Source: an uncultured Rhodospirillaceae bacterium (GTDB taxonomy: Bacteria; Pseudomonadota; Alphaproteobacteria; RF32; CAG-239). Taken from it: 25,925 nucleotides of DNA. A program made the translations under genes and the position numbers. Position 1 is the stretch's first letter, and each line of letters opens with the position of its first letter. Of this stretch, positions 1-9,499 are shown in pieces. The DNA is taken from the NCBI GenBank assembly GCA_900313155.1, contig OMQE01000054.1, positions 1 through 25,925 on the forward strand, read 5' to 3'. The notes under the pieces are model-generated. The model searched no databases, was not told the DNA's origin, and was given only the letters and a program-made list of their open reading frames with translations.

Positions 1-1
1 A

Positions 2-2020
2 AAAGGTTCCACATTCCAAATTGATGAAGCCACATCAGAGCTTTTAGAAGAAGCCTACGGTTTTGAGGTAAATTGCAACTATGCTATTATGACTGATGAT
101 AACGGCTCTTTTACTTGCTACCAAATCAATGAAGCTGATGGAGAAGCATTTAATAATGAAATAAAAAAAGAAATAGAAAGATCAAAAAAAATAGCAAATC
201 AGTCTATTTCAGAAACCTTATTAACCGGAGAGAATTGCATGGGTATATGCCTGTGGAATCAGTTAACTGGACTTATCGGTGGTGGTGCCATTGAAATTCT
301 GAAACAAACCGGTGCTCTAACTGCTTTTTCGTGCACAAAAGATAAATGCAACAAAAATGGAACAACCTACGAGCCGCTCGGGGCAGCAGTAGAAGGTCTG
401 GCTCAACGAGCTGAAAAATGTCGAGAAGACATGGAAAATACAGCGCAACAACGCGATAAAATGATTGCCAAACGCAAAGAAGCACACCAACTGCTTGATA
501 TTCTATCCGGTAATTTAGATGTGATGTGCACTTGCGAAATGCACGAGGTGAACGGCGTTCAGGAAGCAACCGGAAACATTCAAGAATGTGTTGCCTACGA
601 TCCGGAGTTTATGGAAGATAATATGGGCAGTTGTCCGACTATATCGGAATATCAAACTAAGATGATTGGGCAAGATAATCAGAAGTGTGTTATTTGCCGC
701 CTGTTTCACACTGTTTTAAAAGCTGTTCAAACTCTGGCGCAAAGAGCTTATGATGCATTAGCGCCGGCACTGATTTCATTATTAGGGATTGCATTTGGCA
801 TATATATTGCTTACTTAACTTTAATAACCATAGCCTCACCGGCAACGGCAAAAATCAGTGAATATTTAACCAAACTAACCACACAAGGGGCAAAAGTTGC
901 CATAGCCATCGCTTTGCTTTCTGCTCCGGGCTTTGTATATAGTACCTTTATTGGTCCTATAATAGATGGAGGTATTGATTTTGGCATTACTCTTGCCGGA
1001 GAAGAAAAAGCAGCCATTCAAGAAATGGGGGCAAAATTCGAATTTGATGCCGGTAACACCTACTTACAAACAGAAATACTGCAAAACACCGTCGGTGCAG
1101 CAGCTGCATTCAATAAGACAGCCATTCTAGTTCCATCTATTGGACGCTCCATGATGTGTAATGCATGGTATAATGATGACAGCTTGAAAAATCTCGTATC
1201 CGGCAGTTACCACTTTTTCCCGCGTATTCAAATGTGGTTAGAAGGCGCCATTCTCTACATATTCGGGCTAATGATTGCTTTTGCCGTTGGTTTTTATATG
1301 GTAGATTGTGCACTGCAACTTGGTGTTGTGTGCGCCATGATGCCGTTTTTTGTCGCCAGTTGGCCGTTCAAAATCACGAAAAGTTATACCAAACAGGGGT
1401 GGGATATTTTCTTAAATACCTTCTTTAACTTTGTGGTTATGGGAGTTGTTATCAGCGCCACTTCACAAATTATGACACAAGCTTTGTCAACCGGATTATC
1501 AATGCAAACACTGGAAACTCTCCTAGATAGCAATAAAGTTGATGAGCTGATGGAAGTTATTGACTTTGGCGGTTTGCAAATGGCTATGTTAGTTATTTGT
1601 TGTATGTTGGCACTGAAATTAAGCGGTGAAATTCAGAACATCACCAATAAGCTGTCCGGCGGTTTAGGAATTAGCGTTGGGGCAGAATTGGGTGGAACAT
1701 TAGGCGGATTGGTCAAAAAAGGTACTTTGGCGGCGGCCGGCGCAGCCGGCGTGGCTGCAGTTGCCAAAGGTGGGCAAATACTGGAAGCCTCAGGTGTTTC
1801 CGGTGCCGTTCGCTCAATGACCGGCGGGGCCAAAAACACCGCCACAGCCGCGGCCGGAGAAGCCGGCATGGGTTCTCAGGCTCAACAATCATCTTCAAGT
1901 AGCAGAGACCATGGACAACAAACACAATTCGGCGCCGGTGCTGAAAACAACGACAGTCCGGAAAACGACGAAAGTATCGATGAATCGAATGAAGAATCGG
2001 AAGACAACAACAGTGAATAG
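2..2020 (+). CDS. VirB6/TrbL-like type IV secretion inner-membrane protein, paralog 1 (5' end truncated by the window)
   Basis: The frame is open from base 2 through the listed ATG at 89, so the true start lies upstream. It has a Cys-rich N region ending in CVICRLF, two TM helices, FIGPIIDGGIDFG, a periplasmic loop with SIGRSMMCNAW, a multi-TM block (FYMVDCALQLGVVCAMMPFFVASWPFKITKSY) and a Gly/Ala-rich TrbL-like tail. Confidence 0.7.
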   Translation, partial: KGSTFQIDEATSELLEEAYGFEVNCNYAIMTDDNGSFTCYQINEADGEAFNNEIKKEIERSKKIANQSISETLLTGENCMGICLWNQLTGLIGGGAIEILKQTGALTAFSCTKDKCNKNGTTYEPLGAAVEGLAQRAEKCREDMENTAQQRDKMIAKRKEAHQLLDILSGNLDVMCTCEMHEVNGVQEATGNIQECVAYDPEFMEDNMGSCPTISEYQTKMIGQDNQKCVICRLFHTVLKAVQTLAQRAYDALAPALISLLGIAFGIYIAYLTLITIASPATAKISEYLTKLTTQGAKVAIAIALLSAPGFVYSTFIGPIIDGGIDFGITLAGEEKAAIQEMGAKFEFDAGNTYLQTEILQNTVGAAAAFNKTAILVPSIGRSMMCNAWYNDDSLKNLVSGSYHFFPRIQMWLEGAILYIFGLMIAFAVGFYMVDCALQLGVVCAMMPFFVASWPFKITKSYTKQGWDIFLNTFFNFVVMGVVISATSQIMTQALSTGLSMQTLETLLDSNKVDELMEVIDFGGLQMAMLVICCMLALKLSGEIQNITNKLSGGLGISVGAELGGTLGGLVKKGTLAAAGAAGVAAVAKGGQILEASGVSGAVRSMTGGAKNTATAAAGEAGMGSQAQQSSSSSRDHGQQTQFGAGAENNDSPENDESIDESNEESEDNNSE

Positions 2021-2030
2021 GAGGCAGTAA

Positions 2031-2255
2031 ATGAAATCGGTATTACTCTCATTTTTGATGTTCATTGTTGTTTTTACGGCGCTCAAATTTAACGTTTTAC
2101 GCATATTTGACCACCACATTATTGTATATGTTTCTTGGACGGCGTTTGTCATCGTTATCTTTTGCGCTCTGTATTTTATCGGCGCTCCCAAATGGCAAGG
2201 TGTCAAAAACGCTTTCAAAAAAAAGCCGGAGGAAAAAAATGATGAACAAAAATAA
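2031..2255 (+). CDS. Small 74-aa membrane protein (two predicted TM helices, Lys-rich tail), function unknown
   Basis: GGAGG RBS at 2020-2024 with ATG at 2031. It has two hydrophobic stretches, fills the gap between paralogs 1 and 2, and overlaps the start of paralog 2. Confidence 0.7.
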   Translation: MKSVLLSFLMFIVVFTALKFNVLRIFDHHIIVYVSWTAFVIVIFCALYFIGAPKWQGVKNAFKKKPEEKNDEQK

Positions 2256-4866
2256 GATAAAATATATTTTGTTTATATTCTGGCTGATTTGCTTTGTCGG
2301 AATGGCGCCATCTTTTGCGCTGGCTGTGGAAAATTCTGATTCTGCCACTTGCACCGAAGAACAGGTTAAAGAAATTGAAAAACACTTAAATCAAGCCGCT
2401 CTTGAAGGATTAAAAAATTCAAAAGCACTTCTGGATAATTACAATAAAATTGCCGAACAATACATTTCCGGATGTAATAAAAACGTTAATAAAGGAACAC
2501 CGGTATTTTGGTCAATGGACGCCTATCAAAGCGCCTACACCAAAGACCCCGGACTAGCCGATTCGCTTATGAAAGACCGTAGCCAATACCAATATACCGG
2601 TATTGTTTGGTCAGGCGAAACACCAACATCGGAAAATTGTAAAAATTTACGCAACAACGCAACTGCGGCATTAGATGCTTTTAACCGTTCACGCATAACC
2701 ACGTCGAACATGTTAGGTCGCGCCGGCGGACGAAAAGTGCCGAAAACCTGTATTTGTTCGGAGAACGCCGATGAACAGGAATGCGTTTCTTATGCTAACG
2801 AAGATAACGAACAACAAACAACAAAAGATGGCTGCCCGACATTTAATGAATATTTGGCAGACCTGACCTCTTGCCCGCTGTGTGTCATTTTTGAAGTTAT
2901 TTTAAACACCGACAGTGCGGTTGCTCATATTGCATGGGAAAAATTATCCGGCCCGCTTCAAGGCGTTGTTTCCATATTTTTCTTGGTATTTTTGGCTTTA
3001 GAAACTCTAAAAGTTGTCGCTAATATGGCCGGTTCTGGAACTTCGTCATATTTAAAAACCATTATCATACTCGGGTTTAAGGTTGCTATTGTTTTAATTT
3101 TGTTACAAGATTCAACCTATGTGTATGGCTATTTTATTTCCCCTGTTCTCAAGGGCGGTTTGGAAATGGGACAGGAATTTTTGCGAGCCGGTGCGGAAGA
3201 TGCCGGAGCTTGCCAAATAACCGGCACAACGTCTTTTGGTTCAATTCAGGGAAATGAGCTGGATTCTTCCATTTTGAGCAGTATTTTAGAAACAATCCGC
3301 TGTTTCAGCAATTCATCCTTAATAATGCCTTCAATCGGGCGTGCATTGATGTGTCATGGTTGGGAAAATGAAGGTTCTTTTTTAGGTATTCCTGATTTTG
3401 AAATGTGGTTTGCCGGCATCATTACCTATGTTTTCGGCCTCATGATTTGGTTGAGTGTCACATTCTATTTAATAGACTGCACGGTTCAATTGGGTATGGT
3501 CTGCGGATTAGTTCCGTTGTTTATTGCCTGCTGGCCGTTCAAAATGACACAACGCTACACCTCAACCGGCGTCAAAATGATACTGAACACATTTTTCACC
3601 TTTGTGTTAATGGGAATTGTGATGTTGGTGGGGATGGAAATTATCAGTTTTGCAATTTCCGGCGGTTCGAATCAGAGTGATGTTGCTTCTAAAATAGCTA
3701 TTTTAAACAGTTCCAACTTTAATATGGACAGACTTAAGAAAATGGTTTCTCTGGATAGTGAGGCAATTTTAATTTTGATTGCTTGCTGTATTATGGCGAT
3801 GAAACTCTTGGGTGTTGTTACCAGCGCTGCGGGTAAATTCTCTTCCGGCTCCGGCATGAATGTTGGTAGTAAAATGGGTGGCGCTGCCGGAACATTTACT
3901 AAAAATATTACCCTTGGAGCAGCTGCCGCTACATGGATTGGTGGGAAAGGCGCTCTTCGCAGTGCCGGAAATTACTTAGCCAACAATACCGATGTCGGGC
4001 GAGGTGTCGCAAATGGTTATAATCGTTTGAAAACCAGTGTCCGCAACTTCAAGTCTTCCATCAACCGTGAACTGACAGAAAATACACCAGCCGCACTCGG
4101 TGCCGCTATGGGGTTGGAACGTTTCCAACCGGAAAGACAGACAGAGATGCCGACCAATGAACAGGCAACGCGTCAACCAAATACGCCTAATACACCTAAA
4201 ACGCCAAACAATAATAATCATTCAAACCCGAATAATGCAGAAAATAAGCTAAATCCGGAACATCAAAAATTGATTGATAATGCAAAACAAAAATTTGATA
4301 ATTCGGATAAAGGTAAAAAACTACAAAATAATATAGATAAAGCCAAAGAAAATTATCTGAAAGCTGTTGAAGAGCACGGCAAAAACAGTGTTGAAGCTAA
4401 AGATGCAAGAGATAAATTGCGTGATGCTGTTGATGAAAGACGCGATGCCAAACATGATGCTATTGGCTCTTATTTAACGGAAAATGCGCAATCTTCCGGC
4501 GCTCATGGCACATATCTGAAGCAAATGAATTTGGAAAATCAGGCTCAACATGATCGTATTGCTCAAGCCAAGCAAGAAGTGGAAAATGACACGTATATGA
4601 AAAATATAGATAAACAAATCGCTGATACCGAAAATTGGAACAATACATTGGAGAGAGCTCACCAAATCAATCCTCAATTGGCTCAAGCAATTGAACAATC
4701 CACAGGTGGGGCTATCGGTCCATTACCTCAAGAAGAAATAACCCGCCGAACCGATGCTATGAAACAGGCTAAAGATGTACATATGTTGCACGAAATGCAA
4801 AACAAGCTCAGCGGAGCTGATTTTGAGAGATTTTTAACCTCATATCAACAAGGAGAAACGTTTTGA
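2239..4866 (+). CDS. VirB6/TrbL-like protein, paralog 2, with Cys-rich periplasmic N-domain and helical/coiled-coil cytoplasmic tail
   Basis: Start moved from 2065 to ATG 2239 (GGAGG at 2228-2232; signal peptide MMNKNKIKYILFIFWLICFVGMAPSFALA). Core motifs are CPLCVIF, FISPVLKGGLEMG, SIGRALMCHGW and FYLIDCTVQLGMVCGLVPLFIACWPFKMT, followed by a Gly-rich KMGGAAG segment. Confidence 0.72.
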   Translation: MMNKNKIKYILFIFWLICFVGMAPSFALAVENSDSATCTEEQVKEIEKHLNQAALEGLKNSKALLDNYNKIAEQYISGCNKNVNKGTPVFWSMDAYQSAYTKDPGLADSLMKDRSQYQYTGIVWSGETPTSENCKNLRNNATAALDAFNRSRITTSNMLGRAGGRKVPKTCICSENADEQECVSYANEDNEQQTTKDGCPTFNEYLADLTSCPLCVIFEVILNTDSAVAHIAWEKLSGPLQGVVSIFFLVFLALETLKVVANMAGSGTSSYLKTIIILGFKVAIVLILLQDSTYVYGYFISPVLKGGLEMGQEFLRAGAEDAGACQITGTTSFGSIQGNELDSSILSSILETIRCFSNSSLIMPSIGRALMCHGWENEGSFLGIPDFEMWFAGIITYVFGLMIWLSVTFYLIDCTVQLGMVCGLVPLFIACWPFKMTQRYTSTGVKMILNTFFTFVLMGIVMLVGMEIISFAISGGSNQSDVASKIAILNSSNFNMDRLKKMVSLDSEAILILIACCIMAMKLLGVVTSAAGKFSSGSGMNVGSKMGGAAGTFTKNITLGAAAATWIGGKGALRSAGNYLANNTDVGRGVANGYNRLKTSVRNFKSSINRELTENTPAALGAAMGLERFQPERQTEMPTNEQATRQPNTPNTPKTPNNNNHSNPNNAENKLNPEHQKLIDNAKQKFDNSDKGKKLQNNIDKAKENYLKAVEEHGKNSVEAKDARDKLRDAVDERRDAKHDAIGSYLTENAQSSGAHGTYLKQMNLENQAQHDRIAQAKQEVENDTYMKNIDKQIADTENWNNTLERAHQINPQLAQAIEQSTGGAIGPLPQEEITRRTDAMKQAKDVHMLHEMQNKLSGADFERFLTSYQQGETF

Positions 4867-4892
4867 CATACCACGCGAGATATAAGGCAAAT

Positions 4893-4937
4893 TTAACCAT
4901 ATTGTAATATTTATTTTTTAGAATTTATGTTACAATA
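4893..4937. promoter_or_regulatory. Putative regulatory site: CtrA-like box and imperfect inverted repeat in the only sizeable intergenic gap of the array
   Basis: TTAACCAT at 4893-4900, also readable as TTAA-N7-GTAA at 4893-4907. Inverted repeat TATTGTAATAT (4900-4910) / ATGTTACAATA (4927-4937) with one mismatch. A -10-like TACAAT lies at 4931-4936. Confidence 0.35.
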
Positions 4938-4980
4938 AAAACAAGGAACTAAAGGTAAAAACACGCAAGGACTGAAGCAA

Positions 4981-6363
4981 ATGAAAAAGACAGCGATATT
5001 ACATATATTAAGATGGCTTTGCTTGCTTTTATGTGCGTGTTTTTTACTATCGGCATGTTCAGAGAGTAGTAGTAGCAACACCCCAAGAGATCAAGGAACT
5101 TTTGTGACAACAAAAGAAGCCGGTGAAGATATTCAAAAAATTGCGCAATCTCATCATTCTTGCATAACCGGTTCTGTACTGAAAGTTATGTATCAAGATA
5201 TAGGCGCGATGACAACGGACGTATATAAGACATTGACATCTGAAAATTTGCTCTCTTTGGTGATTTTAGCTTTTACGATATGGATGGCATTTCAGATTTT
5301 ACAACATATTTCTTCTACCACGCCGGAGTCTATTGGGGAATTTTGGACCAAGGTCTTACGAAAAGGCGCTATTTGCACGGCCTGCGGCATATTAGCGTCT
5401 TCACCAGAAAATATTCTGTATGTCATTAACACCTTTATTTTTCCGGTATATGTCACCATTTTAGAATTTACAGCCGAGCTAATGAAGCATTTGGGCAGTA
5501 TGCCTGAAGCCAAAACCACTGCCATTAAGTTGCTTGGTTCAGATACTTGTGTGGAATTTGTGCATCGTATTGGCGAAGAATCATGTAGTTTTGACGGCAT
5601 GGATAAAGTGGAAATGACAACAGCCGGTTTTCCAACCCAGCCATTGGAACTGATGAGTTGCATGGCTTGCTCGGTTAGTGATAGACTATCTATGGGGTGG
5701 GATATAGGTTTGAGAACCATGATTTCTGTCAACCCAACTGCTTGGATAGCCGGTTTTTTCATACTGGGAATTTTCTTTATTACCAGAATAAGCTTTGCAT
5801 TGTACCTTATAGACAGTATTTTCCGCTTAAATATGATGATAATCATTATGCCGTTTTTAATAATGTTCTATCCGTTTGAACAAACCCGAAAATGGTCAGT
5901 TAAAGGTTTTCAAATTATCCTCAGTTCGGCGGCTATTATGATGTGTATCAGCCTTGTTGTGGTCATGACCGTTTTTGCCATGGAAAAACTACTGATAGAT
6001 AAAAGCTCACGCATTCCATATGGTGACCCTGAACAATATATGAACTTCGGCATTATTGCCATGTCTTTGCTCTTTATGGCATTGATTGTTAAGCAAGCCT
6101 GCTCTATGGGCGTAGAACTTGCCGGTCGTGTCACCGGTTACAGCGGCGACACCAACTTTTCTAAAAATATCAAGTCAATCATTCAATGGGTCGGGCAAAT
6201 CGGCATGGCCGCACTCACATTTGGCGCCAGTTATGTTTGGTATCGAGCGTACAAACATATTGAACTCGTTCGCAAAGCCCAACAAGCTTATGAAAAGGCT
6301 AAAAATAAGGCAGAAAATGCCATGGCTAGTATTAATCATGCCGCCGGACGAGACAGAGAGTGA
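4981..6363 (+). CDS. VirB6/TrbL-like protein, paralog 3, compact lipoprotein form
   Basis: Lipobox LSA-C26 followed by a Ser-rich linker. The core is homologous to the other paralogs (CITG in place of CxxC, FIFPVY, FALYLIDSIFRLNMMIIIMPFLIMFYPFEQTRKWS), with a short C-terminal tail. Confidence 0.68.
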   Translation: MKKTAILHILRWLCLLLCACFLLSACSESSSSNTPRDQGTFVTTKEAGEDIQKIAQSHHSCITGSVLKVMYQDIGAMTTDVYKTLTSENLLSLVILAFTIWMAFQILQHISSTTPESIGEFWTKVLRKGAICTACGILASSPENILYVINTFIFPVYVTILEFTAELMKHLGSMPEAKTTAIKLLGSDTCVEFVHRIGEESCSFDGMDKVEMTTAGFPTQPLELMSCMACSVSDRLSMGWDIGLRTMISVNPTAWIAGFFILGIFFITRISFALYLIDSIFRLNMMIIIMPFLIMFYPFEQTRKWSVKGFQIILSSAAIMMCISLVVVMTVFAMEKLLIDKSSRIPYGDPEQYMNFGIIAMSLLFMALIVKQACSMGVELAGRVTGYSGDTNFSKNIKSIIQWVGQIGMAALTFGASYVWYRAYKHIELVRKAQQAYEKAKNKAENAMASINHAAGRDRE

Positions 6364-6370
6364 GGCCGCC

Positions 6371-7081
6371 ATGATGAAATTGTTTGAAATACAGAAAAAC
6401 TTTTTGATCATCATCACCCTAACTTTGTCACTGACATTTGTTGCAACACCAGTGTGGGCTCAAGCCGAATATGGTGATGTTGTTCAAACAATGACCGAAC
6501 GCAACGAATATAACGGACAAGATTATAATGGAGCACAAACAACATCTCTAACTCCAACCAATGATATTGCCCAAAGAAATACTTATAAAGGTATGGATGC
6601 CAATGGCGCTATCATAGATGTTAAAAATGTTGGTAAACTATATGATGATAAATATAACAAAAAAGCCTGTTCAATAGAAGCCATCCGAAAAGACTTTTTA
6701 GACGGCGCAACTGCCAAAAATTGTTGGTATTGTAATATTGTCAGCACCATGACCAACTCGTTTTTAACTGCCGTTGCGGAATCTAACGGTATTGTTCAAA
6801 CACTGGCCTTACTGATTTTGCGCTACGGCTTTTTGATATGGTTGGCTTATTATATATTGCAACAAGTCAGCTCTTTGGCACCTATTAAAACAACCAAAAT
6901 GTTGCAAGATATTTTAATGATGGGTTTCAAAGTTCTACTTGCCACATTAGCCGTTCGTCAAGGCATCCCGCTCTTAACCGAATTTTTCATAGATCCGGTG
7001 ATGTTGCTTGGCGTTGACTATGGACAAGAAATGCTCGACGGCCTCCTTGCCGCTAACATCAAAAGCGGAGGTGCCTCATGA
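6371..7081 (+). CDS. N-terminal half of a split VirB6-like unit (signal peptide, periplasmic domain, CxxC, two TM helices)
   Basis: Start moved from 6119 to ATG 6371 (GAGG at 6362-6365; signal peptide ending VWA-QA). It contains CWYCNIV, two TMs and FIDPVMLLGVDYG, which match the first half of the other paralogs, and then stops. The stop overlaps the next start (ATGA at 7078-7081). Confidence 0.7.
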   Translation: MMKLFEIQKNFLIIITLTLSLTFVATPVWAQAEYGDVVQTMTERNEYNGQDYNGAQTTSLTPTNDIAQRNTYKGMDANGAIIDVKNVGKLYDDKYNKKACSIEAIRKDFLDGATAKNCWYCNIVSTMTNSFLTAVAESNGIVQTLALLILRYGFLIWLAYYILQQVSSLAPIKTTKMLQDILMMGFKVLLATLAVRQGIPLLTEFFIDPVMLLGVDYGQEMLDGLLAANIKSGGAS

Positions 7082-9483
7082 AAAAATTTTCATTTAAACA
7101 CCTCGCCTATATTGCTCTAACAGCTATAGTTTTGAGTCTGCCGGCATTTGCCGGTCGCTATGCCGCTCATAACGACTATATGTTGGCAACTGTTTTGTGG
7201 CACGAAATTCGTGGCGGTTCCGATATGGAAATAAAGCAAGTTGCAAATGTAATCATGAATCGTTTAGATATGTTCGAAGGAAACAGCAAAGACGGCTATC
7301 AGCTTGAGCTTGGCGATATCTTAACCGCAAAAGCGCAATTTTCCGGTAGCGAAAAATATCTCAATGCCCGCATGACAGACCAAGACATTTTAAAACATGT
7401 CAATCTCCATGGTAGCGAAGGTGTTGCTTGGAAACGTTGTTTAAATATTGCGCAACAAGCTCTTGCCGGACAACTGCCTGATTTAACTCACGGAGCAACC
7501 CATTATCGCACATGCACCGGTCCAAACATGACCTTCTGGGGTGCCTCTAAAATAAATGGTGTGTCTCACGGGAAACATTGCTTCTTTAAAGGCATCAATA
7601 TGGGCTCCATGAAAGTTAACGGCCATACATTCAAACAAGGTAAAGTTTCCGGAAAATACAGCAAAGGCGGTGCTTATGTCGATAATGGCGGAGGTGGTTC
7701 GGGCGAAGGCTCGGGTGATTGGAGTTCATATAGTGGTGGTGAAAAAACATTTGGCAGTAACTATGTTGAAGGCAGTGGCGGATTTACTGATTTAACTTTT
7801 TCTGAAACAGAATACACCGCCATGTGCGAAACCGCTAAAACCGAAACAGACGGTTCGACAACACCGCCAAATTTGTTCAATACACAAATTTTGACCCGTA
7901 TGACGCAAATGATGGAGAAAATATATATTTCTCTTGGACAGGTTTATGCGTTAGGACAAGCCTTGATGTGTTTTGCAACCGATGTTGCTCCACTCAAATT
8001 TTTGGCATTTAAGTTTGTAAATGTGCCTTATTGGATTACCGGTCTATTTATTTACTTATGTGCTTTCTTCATCACCATGGCTGTGGGAATGTTCTTTATT
8101 GATATTTCCTTCAAAATCGGATTTGCCTTATTGATGCTTCCTATCAGCATTGCCTTATGGCCTTTTGAACCGACAAAAGGCAAATTGAGCGAGAATTTTT
8201 CCATCATCATCCGTAACTCCATGCTTTTTGCGCTGGTTTCGGTTGGTATTGGCTATGCGGTCATTTTGCTTGAAAATGGCGTCACGCATGGCATGGACGA
8301 AGTTGCATATTATAATGCTTTTTATAACTCGTATAGCGCATTAGATATAGCAAAAGAATTTGCCATGAGTGGCGTCCATGTTTTGATTATTGTATTTTGC
8401 CTCATCTACGGTTTTAAAATTATTCAATCCAGCATCAATGATTATCTCAACCGCCTGTTTCCGGATAATGTGTTCGGCGGTCAAAGTCCTATGCATACTC
8501 AAGGTGTTCAAGCCATTGGTACAACAGCCATGCACACGGTTCTGCCGGCAGCATCTTTGGCTTATGATATTACCAAAAATCAAGCCGGTCGAGGCATAGA
8601 GGCACTTGGTCGTGGTATGCAAAATATCGGTAAATCGCCATCAGCTCCAACACCAATGCCTGTAACAGGAGGCGGTTCAGGTCCAACAGGTCCTGGTCAG
8701 CCGACAGGTTATCAGTCAGACGAAAACCCTATTGAATCGGAAACTGCCGAAAGTTCTGCAGAGGATATCTTACCAACAACAGAAACTCCTATTGCGGAAA
8801 ATAATAGCAACGACCAACCTGTTGAAACGCCACAACAAATGGCTTCACGGCAGACAAATCCTGCGTCTCAACCTGAAAACGAACAAGCATTTAATGCCGG
8901 CGTTGCACCAACCTCGCCGACACCAAACAATGGTGGACTAAGTGCGGCCTTGCAAGCCGGTATGTCTCTCGGGCAACAAGACAAGGTGGAAAACTACTCT
9001 CTGTCACCGGGGAATTTGCTGAAAAACACTGCAAATACAACGTTGAATATCTTAACGGCGCCGCTCAATGCCAAAACCTATAAGCAGTTGATGCAACTTC
9101 CGCAAATTATGGAAAAGCGCAACCAAAATGCCGCAATGCGGCAAAAACAACGCGATGCTCAAGAAAACGCCGCAATGCCTAATGCCACAAACGGACAAAA
9201 AATTGTGATGCGTCTTTCACGCGATGCAACTTTGTTTGTCCGCACAGCCAAGCAAACCGTGAAAAATACCGGTGTTGAGACTCTGAATTCAACAGGCTCG
9301 CTTTTAGAAAAATTTGGCAGTAAAATTCGTCCGACCAAAGGAGGAACGAAAGGTTTTGAGTATTGGCGTCAATGGATAAAAGATCGCGAAGACGAAAGGA
9401 TAGCCCAAAAAATAGCTGAAAAAGATCAGCGTGAAACAGATGAAACTTTGGCAGACGACTATGTTGACCGTGGTAATGGATAA
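7078..9483 (+). CDS. SleB-like (Hydrolase_2) cell-wall hydrolase fused to the C-terminal half of a VirB6-like unit
   Basis: Own RBS (GGAGGT at 7067-7072) and signal peptide (..LPAFA). Bases ~7171-7593 encode LATVLWHEIRG...VANVIMNR...AQFS...AWKRCLNIAQQALAGQLPDLTHGATHY...HCFF, the SleB pattern, with the catalytic Glu codon at 7204. A Gly/Ser linker follows, then ALGQALMCFA and the TM block FFIDISFKIGFALLMLPISIALWPFEPTK, then a Pro/Thr/Gln-rich tail. Confidence 0.78.
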   Translation: MKKFSFKHLAYIALTAIVLSLPAFAGRYAAHNDYMLATVLWHEIRGGSDMEIKQVANVIMNRLDMFEGNSKDGYQLELGDILTAKAQFSGSEKYLNARMTDQDILKHVNLHGSEGVAWKRCLNIAQQALAGQLPDLTHGATHYRTCTGPNMTFWGASKINGVSHGKHCFFKGINMGSMKVNGHTFKQGKVSGKYSKGGAYVDNGGGGSGEGSGDWSSYSGGEKTFGSNYVEGSGGFTDLTFSETEYTAMCETAKTETDGSTTPPNLFNTQILTRMTQMMEKIYISLGQVYALGQALMCFATDVAPLKFLAFKFVNVPYWITGLFIYLCAFFITMAVGMFFIDISFKIGFALLMLPISIALWPFEPTKGKLSENFSIIIRNSMLFALVSVGIGYAVILLENGVTHGMDEVAYYNAFYNSYSALDIAKEFAMSGVHVLIIVFCLIYGFKIIQSSINDYLNRLFPDNVFGGQSPMHTQGVQAIGTTAMHTVLPAASLAYDITKNQAGRGIEALGRGMQNIGKSPSAPTPMPVTGGGSGPTGPGQPTGYQSDENPIESETAESSAEDILPTTETPIAENNSNDQPVETPQQMASRQTNPASQPENEQAFNAGVAPTSPTPNNGGLSAALQAGMSLGQQDKVENYSLSPGNLLKNTANTTLNILTAPLNAKTYKQLMQLPQIMEKRNQNAAMRQKQRDAQENAAMPNATNGQKIVMRLSRDATLFVRTAKQTVKNTGVETLNSTGSLLEKFGSKIRPTKGGTKGFEYWRQWIKDREDERIAQKIAEKDQRETDETLADDYVDRGNG

Positions 9484-9499
9484 TATAAGGAACAAACAG

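Noticed and set aside
2065-2238. 5' extension of paralog 2 in the ORF track
   Set aside because: It overlaps the small gene at 2031-2255. The RBS and signal peptide support ATG 2239.
5292-5846. 184-aa antisense ORF and the other short antisense or nested ORFs in the track
   Set aside because: They lie opposite or within well-supported genes and have no RBS or recognisable motifs.
6119-6370. 5' extension of the split N-half gene
   Set aside because: It overlaps the end of paralog 3. The RBS and signal peptide support ATG 6371.
7070-7090. Pseudogene or frameshift explanation for the split VirB6
   Set aside because: The downstream ORF has its own RBS, signal peptide and intact hydrolase domain, and the junction is a standard ATGA coupling. 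Read-level confirmation is still advisable.
9431-9499. 5' extension of the M23-VirB6 gene
   Set aside because: It overlaps the previous gene. The RBS and signal peptide support ATG 9500.
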